Shown here one piece after another: positions 13,782 through 24,774 of a stretch of 64,000 bases of DNA; within the stretch, counting starts at the first letter, position 1; each line of letters opens with the position of its first letter. Below the pieces are notes generated by a model. That model was not told the DNA's origin, searched no databases, and saw only the letters and a program-made list of their open reading frames with translations. The DNA is from Lepidodermella squamata. Taxonomy: Eukaryota; Animalia; Gastrotricha. Location of the stretch: assembly GCA_047495785.1 (NCBI GenBank), contig JBLDXI010000033.1, positions 682,001 through 746,000 of the forward strand. Reading direction: 5' to 3'. Position numbers and translations under genes: made by a program.

Positions 13782-15698
13782 TTGAATTTCTTTCAGTAAT
13801 AATAAGGAATCGAAATTGGCTGAGTTGTGAGCCAAATAAATCGACTGGTAATTCATAGGTAGAAGCACCCAGTTTACGAAATCCTCCAGAGGACGACTTC
13901 CATAAAAAATATGAAGTCCACAACTAGAATGGCATCGCTGAATCCTCGCTTCGATGCAGTGAGGTATGCATACGACCTTTGCAACGATAAGGCATACTTG
14001 GAACTCATTGTTGTTATCAGCAAGTGATGGCGAAAATGTCTCAGTGTCCCAAAAAACTAGGTTACGATAACGTTCCAGTTTATTCGCCGGTTTCAAGGGC
14101 TAAAAATACACCAACCACAGTATTTTGAAAAAAGCTGGACTGAAAAAAATGAGTATACCAAGGGAGTCATGAAGCAGAAGTGTGTGCCATTTTCTTCGTC
14201 GCTGGCTTTCAAAGGCTCCTGACAAATGTGACAGCGCCGCCCGGGACACATAGCCTCATGCTTGAGAAAATGTACAAATTTCCTCCCGCATTTAAAGCAT
14301 GGATTCTTTTTAGCACATTTGTGGTTTTGCTTACAACGTTCGCTATACAAAACTAAAAACATAAAAAGAGCTGAATAATAATGAAAAGGTTAAAAACATC
14401 AGACCTGCACGACATTGCGGACACCGCGTGTAGTTTTGTTGGTCTGTGTTGGAAATCACACGGCAAATGCTCCCTGATACACCTAAAATAATATTAATGA
14501 TAAAAGAAGTGAAATTCAGGTTTTTCATGTAAAAATTACGGCAGGAAGAGCATGCCAACTTGCATCTGTGCACAGCCGTACTCGTTTTCGTCTGAAAGCA
14601 AGTGGGGCATATTCGTTGTGCATTGCTAAGAGTGGCCTTCATAAAGTTGAGATTCGCAATGACATGAAAATGATGACTGTTGGGCTGAGAGACGTCGTTG
14701 CGATAAACCAGTAGAACAACAGGAAGCAACCCAAGGCTTACGCGATGATCAAATTCTGGGATTTCCCTAATAACATCCTGTGATTCGTACGAGTATACTA
14801 CGAATCTGTAAGTATTATGTTCAGGATCGATAGCCGAACACAGGGCTGAGTAATGATCATCTAGATTGTAGGCTGGAAGGTTGAGAGGTAAGCCCGCTTT
14901 CTGATATAGCGCCGTGGCTTCGCGAAATTGACGATTGGTTCGCGTACTACGTATCGATTTGAAGGTTGCTTGAAGAGATGGATCCGTAGGATTCGCCTTC
15001 ATGTGAGCCAAAGCCACTCCAGTGATGAGAGCTCTGCCCATGCAAAGATTGTTCGTTTCATTCTTGCGCGCTCCGATTCTAACGATCGATTTGGAGCGAA
15101 GAAAAAATTTGTCCAAAGTTTCGTTTATAGCCCGCTCTGCCCGAGAACCACCAACAATTTGACCTAGATCTGCATTGGGGTTATCAATGACACAGAGACG
15201 AATTGTCCACCGACCAGCAAATGAGAGTTCTTCATTACTCTGTAATATTTTTCTCAGTTGATCAAAAATTGAAATTTCCAGCAACCGATCGCGTTTCATG
15301 AAGGGTAGGCTAAGAGGCATCTTCAAGTCGGGGTGGTACAGTGTTAGCCGGCAGAAGGAATTCACAGGTAAATCACGATGGATATTTACAACAATATCGA
15401 ACAGGAAGTTGGCCAGAATATTGAAGCGGGTCTCCAAATCAATATTAGCCACCTGGTCGGCTGGTACGTTCTGCACAAATGATCGAATATTATCCAGTCG
15501 AGGTTCATCAGCGCCACCAGACAATTGAATCATCGGCCCAAGCGAACTAGAAGATTGGCCATATCTGTTGATGTAGGTTGAGGCAAAGTCGGATGTTACG
15601 GGCTGAATGAAGTACTCCACAGAAAACATTTTGAATTTTGTAGAATGAATCAGGCGATTACTTCGAATAAATGAGTATTGTAAACTATAGTTATCCAT
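13782..15698 (-). pseudogene. Mirror copy of the truncated protein-primed PolB (ends just after ExoII)
   Basis: ORF translations identical to 11583-13499. Confidence 0.88.
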
Positions 15699-15815
15699 AA
15701 CAATCTAAGATTAAAAATTTAAAATTGATCGAATTTGGGAAGAGGTAAAACTTTATTACAAGGATAGATTGAAATAAATATTCAGTAAGTCATTTTAGTC
15801 AAGTTTTGTGTTAGC

Positions 15816-16337
15816 TTATTCATTGGCTGTTTCAATCATCGCTGCAACAGTTAACACCCCAGTTGCAAGGTCTTGAAACTGAGCTGCATCAAGAGAGACT
15901 CCTTGTCTTGAGGGTTGTTTATTTCCTAAAAAGTTAAATCATAAAAAGATTGCTATTACTGTAAATTTGAAGTAAATACCTTTAGCATCCAGATAAAACC
16001 TGCGTATATCTATAAGAATCGGTGAAAATGATGGCACAAAGACACAGACTTCAATTTTGCATTCATGCATCGAAAATTTAAAGCCTGTGTTGTGAGATAG
16101 CAGGGCAAGTTGAGCCTGAGCAACCCAAGCATCATTCGGCGGTCGAAAATAAGGAACGAACTGGCTAAGAAATTCGTCTTGTCTAAAGGCGAGTTTTTTA
16201 GGCTTATCGTTCTTATCTTTGCGATCAGTCATTATGTAGATGAGATTAGAATCCTGAGGATGCTGTTGAATGACCAAGTTACTAGACATGTGATGATTGA
16301 CTGTCTGGTTAGCAGATTCTACTATCGCCTCAGCCAT
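15816..16337 (-). CDS. PC4-like ssDNA-binding protein (mirror copy)
   Basis: Reverse complement of 10944-11465. Confidence 0.8.
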
Positions 16338-16379
16338 GATTATTGAAAATTAAATCTAATGAAATAAGAATGTAAAACT

Positions 16380-16742
16380 TTAAGGGATGGGTTCTTTATA
16401 TTGGCATAACTTTTCATGCCCAAAAATGAGGTCATAAGTTAGAGTAATGGGACAGCCTTTATCAGAATATTGGCATTTGTAAATCAAATTCGAGATAATG
16501 TTCGATAAAATTACAGGGGGTTTAACGAAATCTTTCCCTGTTAATGATTCGCGGCAAAGTGGACAGCAACATACTGTTCGAGCTGAATTTTGAAAAATAG
16601 CGAGAACACATTTAGTACAAAATAAATGGCCACAGGGGCGCGTTTGAATAGGATTAAGTAGGATAGATAAACAAATTGGACATTGCAAAGATTCAGCGTC
16701 TAAAATCTGGCTGTTCGAGAGCACAAGTCTTGTTGGATCCAT
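16380..16742 (-). CDS. C3HC4 RING finger protein (mirror copy)
   Basis: Reverse complement of 10539-10901. Confidence 0.88.
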   Translation of the reverse strand: MDPTRLVLSNSQILDAESLQCPICLSILLNPIQTRPCGHLFCTKCVLAIFQNSARTVCCCPLCRESLTGKDFVKPPVILSNIISNLIYKCQYSDKGCPITLTYDLIFGHEKLCQYKEPIP

Positions 16743-16752
16743 CAATGAGGAT

Positions 16753-17517
16753 TCAAGTCTGAGAGATTACAGGCGTGATAAGAGAGGCAACATACTGAGA
16801 AGCTTGCTTTAGAACCTCAGAGGCATTCAAATTATCAGTGTCGATAACAAGCACGGGACATGGTAGGGATTTGTTTGTAGTCTCAACAGTACACATTTTT
16901 TCATGAAACTCATGTACGAGGCGTAAATAATCCAGTGATAATAGCATTTCAGAACCCCGAGCTCTAGCTACGGCTCTTTGACAAGCTATTTGGGGAGAGG
17001 AGCGCAAGTAAATAATAGCTTCAGTTTTTACAAAATTCGGCTCGAAATTATCATACAAATTCATGAGAGCGTGATATTCGATAGAATTTATGCGCTTGGA
17101 TGCATACGCACATGGGATAAAGACGTTTTTAGAACAGAAGGGCGTTCGATCATGCAGAACGATAGTATGCGCCCCGTAGATTTCAGGTTTGTGGTTAGGG
17201 GCTGAATAAAGGCCGCACATATCACTCGTGGCTACAATTTGAAAGTTGAACGCATTTTTCATCTGATAGTAATCTTTCAAAATGTTAGTTTTATCGTCAT
17301 CAGTAAAGGACTCCCAACGATGAACAGGCTCGCAAATTGGCCACGCGGTATATCCCTGAAGTTTACGGTTGAGTGAAGGTAGATTAGTGAGACCCTCGAT
17401 TAAGGTTGATTTCCCGCTAAAACAAGAGACTTTAAATAGAATTCTATTCGGTGGAGTATATGAGACTTACGCCCCAATGTTGCCGACTATGCCGAAATGG
17501 TAGACTTTAGGATGCAT
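16753..17517 (-). CDS. Deoxynucleoside kinase (mirror copy)
   Basis: Reverse complement of 9764-10528. Confidence 0.9.
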
Positions 17518-17951
17518 CCAGCTTGCTTCAAGAAATATGCTAAGTGTATTCTTGAAGCATCTCTCTTAAATAGTCTGAGTGATATTTCCATAAAAGGAAA
17601 AAACAGGGAGATGTTTTGTTTGAATTGTTTAAGGTAATTACACCGTAAAGGGTAAAAAATCCTAATTGCTTTTTATTTTGATAAGTAAAAAATCGCATTG
17701 TTTAATTAGGGAGGATGTATAAGATTTATTGACATGATGTTTTCTTATTGAATTACCGACAGCAATTAAGGAGGATGTATACAATACCAAGAATCTTTGA
17801 TGAAAAGCATTAAAGCCAGCACTGAGGGGTCAACAGAGCTAAAGGCCCTAATGCATTTTTAAGGAAGATTGAATTACAAAAACAATATGCCTGAAAGGAG
17901 GTAGCCGCTCACATAAAAATCGAACCTCAGTAACAATATAAATTATAAAAT

Positions 17952-18455
17952 ATGAAGCTGAAGGTAGAGCTAACAAGTAACAAAGCTAAAGAACCGACAA
18001 AGCATACTAAAGGCTCTGTGGGTTGGGACATCTATTCAGCAGAAGAGACGACACTGCAACCTGGAACCAGGGGACTGATTCAAACTGATATTAAAATCTG
18101 TTTACCACGAGGATATTATGGACAACTATTCAGTCGATCAGGAATGAGCATCAACCATGGAATCGATACGGTCGCTGGAGTAATAGGTAAGAAGCAAATA
18201 ATAATGAAAATTACTAATGAATATCTGTATTTTTCATGAATTAAAGACGCCGACTACACCGGAAAAATCGTAGTCTGCCTTGCAAACAACAGCAAAACAC
18301 CTTACAAGATTAAAATAGGCGACCGTATTACCCAGTTGGTGTGTTTAAAATATGGTCGCTTAGAATCTGCAGTAACGGTAACGGGGCCATTGAAAAACGC
18401 TCTAGCAGCAAATTCGACCCGTGGCGATAACGGATTCGGTTCATCTGGACGTTAA
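17952..18455 (+). CDS. dut: dUTPase (mirror copy), intron 18187-18246
   Basis: GGA GTA ATA G|gtaag...aag|AC GCC GAC TAC ACC GGA restores motif 3 GVIDADYTG. Confidence 0.93.
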
Positions 18456-18720
18456 CCCCTCCAATCAAGCCGCTACAAATCTCTGAACAAATGAATAGAA
18501 AAACTGATAAGACTTATCCCAGCTATAAATTCATTGCTTGAAACGTTAAGACTAATAAAAAGTGTTTGTGTGAATGAAAAAGGGCTCTATTGCAGCTGCA
18601 CTAAAGAAGCAGTGTAAAAATGATTAGTTTAGCTCATAACAGGTGAAAAAACGAAGATTTGTTTATTTTAGTTAGGTGAAATCATAGCAGTGGGTTAAAA
18701 CGAAGGTATATTGACAAGAA

Positions 18721-18886
18721 GCGGCTATAGTACAAATCGCCGTACTGCTATTACTCATCCCCAAATTGCGTATATTTATACCAAACGGGTATAGTAAAAA
18801 TCGCCGTACTGCCATTACTGATCGCAAATTGCGTATATTTATACCAAACGGCTATAGTAAAAATCGCCGTACTGCTATTACTGATC
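18721..18886. repeat. Subterminal 63-64 bp tandem repeat (right end, inverted copy)
   Basis: Mirror of 8395-8560. Confidence 0.95.
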
Positions 18887-18950
18887 CAAAGTTCCCATCC
18901 TTACTACTCTCATTGACCAAAATCGAAAAATTGACTCACAATTATGTTAG

Positions 18951-19955
18951 GGTTGTTTTGCCGGTCTGCGTTATAGCATTCATACCGAATCCTCAGTGGC
19001 ACTTTTTGGGATCGAGGTCTTTCGCAATCTCCACAGATTCACATACGTAAGCCATTATTACAAGCGACTCCACATTATGACGTCTTTTTCATATCAGGGT
19101 TCAATTCGTCTTATCGAGGAAGCCACTTTTCAACCTGTTAAGGTCAGTTATTCAAGTTAAATTTTGCGCGACAATCGCTAGGTGGTTGGTGCGCTCAAAA
19201 GGATCTTACCTTTAGCTGAAGCTAATTTCTAACTACTTCAATAATGAAATCACTGAAATTCACCAAGAAGCTTGAATCTTAATTACTATTTCAGTCTCAT
19301 TGTGCCATCTATACTTTTGGGCGTATCGGGAGCCGCCATGTTCATCATTCCGCGTAAGCTATGAGATGATTTTTAAAAAGTTTTTAACTCCGCTGTTTTC
19401 TCATGTCATTCTAGCTGATAGCGGCGAAAAGATGGGAGTGTGTTTTGTTGTCCTTCTCACCTTCTTCTTCATCTTCTCGACAGTCATCAGCTCGTTCCCG
19501 CCGAATTCAACAAATATCCCCTATTTGTACTACGTAATTTCCATTAAAATAGCATTTAAATTTATTTTATGATTTCCATTTTTCCTCAGTACTTGCTGTC
19601 GTTATTTGCTCTGACTATTCTCGGCACAGTTGTAGCAGCCTTAATTTTGAATTTCGCCGCCAAGGCCAAGTTAATCGAAGACAAGGAGAAGCGGCTGAAA
19701 GTATTTAAAGTCACAATTTGGGCCAATAACATTTCGCTTTTTATTTACTTATTGGGTGTCAGTATTGCTAACGTTCTCTTCATTCTTGCTATTTGCGAAG
19801 AACTTGTTTCTGAAACCGGAGGATGGGACGATGGGACGGAATTCATAACTGTTCGGAACGAGCAATATATCAGGCGGAAAATTGACGACAAATGTGACAG
19901 TTGCTACGCTTTTGATTCAGAAGGGAACTTGTACAACAATGGGCCATGCAACTAA
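18951..19955 (+). pseudogene. Cys-loop LGIC subunit type A, copy 1; 5' half missing at the element junction
   Basis: PNPQW, M2 SGEKMGVCFVVLLTFF, PPNSTNIP; paralogous to 24775-27239; begins mid-intron at 18909. Confidence 0.85.
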
Positions 19956-20018
19956 TTCTATTAATGTCTAATCTCATAAATGAAATAAACATTACTAATC
20001 ATTTTTTTTCAAAATTAG

Positions 20019-21799
20019 ATGAATATTTATTTGAATTACTTTGTTGTTTTTTGCTGCATCGCGCAAGTTGATTGCGAAATTTCATCTGTCATTCAATTTG
20101 TCGATGGAGCAATCAAGTGCTTATCAATGGAGCCAAACGTCGATCCGGTTAACGAAAATGGCACTGTCAATGTCTCCGTCGATATCGTGCTGATGTCGCT
20201 GAACAGCGTCGACGATCAAGCCAGTAAACTGATCCTGAATGCAAATATTTGGCTGCAATGGGCGCTACCTGAGGGTTACATCAATATCACGCAGTTTATG
20301 GGACTTAACACTTCAATCATAACGGACACTGGCGTGTCAAAATGGAAGCGGCGATTTTTCACTATTTCGAAACCTATGGACAACATGTGGACCCCAGCTA
20401 TAATTCCATTCAACAGCCTTAACTTGAAATGTTAGTCGTCTTTTAATGAAATTTTGTCGCTAAAATAATGTTTTAATTACATTTTAATTTTACGAAATAT
20501 TTTAATTATCATTTTCAGCTTGGCGAGATGCTATGGACAAAACTGCCGTAAATGTCAAAGCTAGTGAAGCATATTGGCCTCTTTACACCAATTTAGAAAT
20601 TTATTGCCAGTTCGTTCTCTCCTATGTAAATCATGAGCAGTAATAATATTCAACCCCTGCTCCTATAGGTTTAAATTGGAAACCTACCCTTTCGATCTCC
20701 AAGTATGATGAATTCATAACTCAAGTTCCGTTTTAAATCTAGTCATTTGCTAGATTTGCATGATTTCCATTGGGACACTGAATCCTACGATTAAGTTGAC
20801 AAAACCTACCGATCAAAGGCCTTGTGCAATGGTAAAATTATCCACAGCTTTATTTTCATTTTCGCATTTATGATAGCATTCATCTTTCGCTTCCAGGGAA
20901 GGGTCAGGGACAATCCACAATGGCGGTATTATGGAATGAGGTTTCACAAGGTTGAGCTAACCAATGAAGTGCAAATTTGGATAGCGTTTGAAAGGCGCAG
21001 CCAGTTTCCTGTCCTAAGTCTCATTTGCCCTACAATTCTGCTCGCAATTTCCGGCCTGGCAATTTTCTTGACTCCGCCCAATTCGGAGGAAAAAATGAAC
21101 ATCGCATGCACTGTGTTGTTGTCATTTTTTGGTATTTTTCTAATAATAATTCGGATTGTTGAGAGAAAAACGCTTTCATTTAGTCATTTTCGACAGCGTT
21201 TCCGACTCTTTACCTGCCATATCGAATCCGGATGGCATGCCGCTTATTTACTGGGTATGTCAAATGGAAAATGTTTAGTAAGGATTCGTAAATTCAAATT
21301 TTCAGTATCTTTTTGCCCTATTTGTGACGACATCAATCGCAACGGCAAGTCCGTAATCGAGGTCATTTCTAATTAAAATTTATCAATTTTCTAGATCTAT
21401 GCGGCTATTTTACTCCGTTACGCTGACCCGGTCGAGAACACTCAAATCAACCCCAAAGGCTCGCCACTGAAGTGTTGCAGAAAACTCCGCATCGCTCCTG
21501 GTCTGGGCAAAAAGCGCCGCTCAAATTCGATAATTGATGCGAGCAATGTCGAGGAAAACAGAGAAATAAATCGAAGGCGGGTTGAAATTGCCAACAAAAT
21601 CGGTATTATCGGCTATACCGTTATGGTCAACCTCATCAGCTTCGTTATTTTCGGTCTCTACTCTGCTAGCAGTGTCGAGAATAAGCCTATTCTTGTTGGC
21701 GAAGGCGCACATAGCGATGGAAATCTAAATCTCAACGGAACTTATAAAATTTATCGAATCAACGGTGAAATTTATTACGATGTTGATTTTTGTCGCTGA
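20019..21799 (+). CDS. Divergent Cys-loop ligand-gated ion channel subunit, type B copy 1
   Basis: Signal peptide, MWTPAI, spliced Cys-loop CQFKLETYPFDLQIC, ERR..F, EEKMNIACTVLLSFF, four TM segments. Confidence 0.88.
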
Positions 21800-21844
21800 C
21801 GCATTTTTCACATGCTAATAGAGAGAAGCTGTAAATAAAATTAT

Positions 21845-23275
21845 AGAAAAAAAAGTGCAGCCGCTAGTTTTCGTGCAGAGAGCCATAGTCATTCGGAGCC
21901 GTTTCAGAGGTCGTTAAACTTTGTTCGAAAAACACATAGGCGCATTAAGCAGTTCATTGTATGTTAGTTGTCGGCAGCTGTTGGCCGTTTTAGCGTTCTG
22001 TGTTTCCCACGACAGGTTGTTGAAGAGCACTGCGCCTCGGTATGCCAGTGTTTTCTGCCCATGCTTAGATCGTAGGCATGGAACGACGAGGGTGTTGTTG
22101 AACACGCTTCGCGTCATTGGTTGGTCTGGGTCAAATTCTTTCCGGACGAACATTTCGCACAGATATTCGGGAGCCTCACCGTTCACGCACCGCCAGACCA
22201 AAGTTGATAGGTGTACGTTGCGCTTTTGGTGCATCGGGAGCCATCGTAACTTCTTGCGCAGCGGTTCGACGTCTGCGTGTTTCGGAGCTTTCATGATAAT
22301 CCTGATTGATTGATCTTGTATCGTTTGCAGTGGTTTCAAGTTCGTGTCAGCTGATTGAGCCATGACATTGTCAGCGTATCCTAGGTAACTCAATACAATG
22401 CCGTTCGCCATCATTTTCAGAGTATTTCTATCCATGTATTTGGAGGCCAGTTTCAGTGCATACAAGCCGCGACGCGCTCGATTTCTAATCGCATTAATTT
22501 GCTCTTTGAAGAGAAGCTTTCGGTCAAGAACAAATCCGAGAATTTCCATTTTTTCAGCTGGTAATAGCACCGCTTCGTTGATGACTATCTTGAGACCTGT
22601 CACGACTTCTTCGCCGAGTATCATAAGCTGAGACTTCTTTGCATTAACCATCAGGCTGTTGTTGCCCAGCCATTTACTGACCTTATCGATATCAGCTTGT
22701 AACTTGTTTAGGGCGACTGATAGATCGCGGTCGGCACAGTAGATGGTCGTATCATCCGCGTATAGAATGATCGCTGAGTGCAGTGCAACCGCGGCGATGT
22801 CGTTCACGTAGATGGTAAACAAAAGCGGGCCAATGACGCTACCTTGTGGGACACCATACGCTATTCTGTTGCTGGACGAAATAGAGCCATTCAATTTTGT
22901 GATTTGATATCTTTCAGAAAGAAAACTTCCCATTAGCTTCACAGCGTGATCATCAAAACCAGCGTTTCTCAGTGTCGCATGAGTGATATCGCCTGAATCC
23001 AAACTGACTAGGCGAAAAGAAGCGTGTTATCTGTAGATGAGACTTGATCTGTTCGACAATGACCCTTTCAAAGATTCGAAGAATCGGTGAGAGGATCGAT
23101 ACAGGCCGGTAGTTGCTGACTTCGTTAAAAGGGCCGCTTTTGTGTAAAGGAGTAACAACCGCCGTTTTCCACACACGTGGAATATTTCCTTCGAATAAAA
23201 TCCTGTTAAATAATGACACGAGATGCCAAGAGATAGCTCGTTTCGATAATTTAAGCACACATTCCGGAATTTTCC
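21845..23275 (-). mobile_element. 5'-truncated, internally deleted non-LTR retrotransposon (CR1/L2/Jockey-group RT)
   Basis: WKTAVVTPLHK, NYRPVSIL, QFGFR, GVPQGSVIGPLLF, YADD; the D..KAFD motif segment is missing, with a frameshift near 22975. Confidence 0.88.
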
Positions 23276-23323
23276 ATACTGCACTCAGCAGAGAGCGAAG
23301 TACCGCTAGGGATATGGTAGGGA

Positions 23324-23732
23324 CATAGAGAAAAAAATGACCAGAGTAAGCACTCAAGCTAAAATATTGACCTCCATTATTATAGAAGTGCGTTCTCAAA
23401 ACGGATATCTCCGTTTTCTACCAAATTTTGCATGCCTATAGAACGCGAGCTGCTCTTTCACGTGGTATAAGATTTGAGGTGGGCAATTGCTGCTCAGTAT
23501 TGATATCATCAAAATAAGTAAAACCATAGTGAAAACGAGGTTTTTGTATCGTAACAACGGTTGGGTTGCCCATCTCAAATCTTATACCACGTGAAAGAGC
23601 GGCTCGCGTTCTATAGGCATGCAAAATTTGGTAGAAAACGGAGATATCCGTTTTGAGAAAGTCAACTTTGAATTAAAATGAGGATTTAGAAATTTTAGCT
23701 TGAGTGCTTTCTCTGGTCATTTTTTCTCTATG
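23324..23732. mobile_element. Fold-back MITE (hAT- or P-like), CATAGAG...CTCTATG termini, 8-bp TSD GGTAGGGA
   Basis: TSD at 23316-23323 and 23733-23740; ~42-bp outer and ~90-bp inner inverted repeats. Confidence 0.9.
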
Positions 23733-24329
23733 GGTAGGGATCATCCCTACCAGTTCCATCAATCCGTACGGTGAGCTTATTCACAGATCAAAGGGGGCGC
23801 CTTATGTCAATTTTTCCAGTCCCTACCAGTTCCGCAGTCCTACTTCGCTCTATGGCACTACTCAGTCGGACTTTTTCCGAAATGCGAGGTCTTCCGCGAC
23901 GTGAACTACATCGTAGCTTGTTTTATTCAGTTGATCAAGTCGGGTTTAGGTTTGTTTGCAAGATTGTCCGCCGTTAAAACTTTATCAGACTATAAACTTT
24001 CCCTATATGATTCTCAATGTTGAAGTACTGACGATGACACAGGCACCGATTGAGCCTTTTGTACAGCGATCGGCTTCGGCTTCGGTGATCTTCAGCGCTA
24101 GCTAACCGCAGCTAGAAATACGGATCATAATAGCTTTCCGCGCTTTTTTCAGCATTGCCTAGTGACGAGCAAGGCAGCGTGGCATCGTTCACCACTAAGA
24201 AATCACGTGTCGGCAAGCTGCCTGTAGTTGGAGGTTGGAGGAGACTGCAGAAAGGGCAGTCTGATTCTCGCAGCGACGTGATGTAGCCTGTGGCTGAGCC
24301 GATTCCAGCAATTTTTTTGCCTCAAAGAG

Positions 24330-24700
24330 GGGACTTCGCATTCATATCATCCACGAAATCTCAGTGGCATTTCCAAGCTCCTATTATATATGTCGTAGTT
24401 TCGTCGCACAGGTTTTTTTTAGGGCAATGCGGCAGTAGGGGGCATATGAAAAGAGTTATTATTTATATTTGTTATTCAAGTATGAATCAGCTACACAAAT
24501 CGCAATTTGCCGCAGAATTGATTTCGTCAACGATGTTGAAATTATTGCCTACGGTTGCGCTTGTTTGGCTGGTTGTTATTGGCTTTTACGTATCTTATAA
24601 CTCGAAGCTGATTCCGACGCCGACAGGAATTGACGATGGAATATTCACGATCAACGGAACGCAATATCACCCGCCAAATTACAAATTCTGGCAGTGTTGA
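24330..24700 (+). pseudogene. Relic 3' end (M4 plus tail) of another LGIC-like paralog
   Basis: Hydrophobic helix then DDGIFTINGTQY resembles the type B tail; a second decayed copy at 29790-30197. Confidence 0.5.
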
Positions 24701-24774
24701 CGCGGAAATTAAAGAAAAAAGAGAATAGAAACATGACTTCAGCTTTCAGCTTCGTTATTTTTCCAAAAACTAAC

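Larger units (their letters stand above)
8373..18908. mobile_element. Polinton/Maverick-like element in fold-back form: arms 8373-13499 and 13782-18908, unique spacer 13500-13781
   Basis: Termini AGTAGTAAGGATGGGAAC...GTTCCCATCCTTACTACT; mirror symmetry p <-> 27281-p for all ORFs; protein-primed PolB; no TSD (left flank TTGTTC, right flank CTCATT). Confidence 0.85.

Noticed and set aside
8373-18908. Complete element with genuine 5-kb TIRs
   Set aside because: Arms end inside polB, the spacer is polB continuation, and there is no integrase, capsid or TSD
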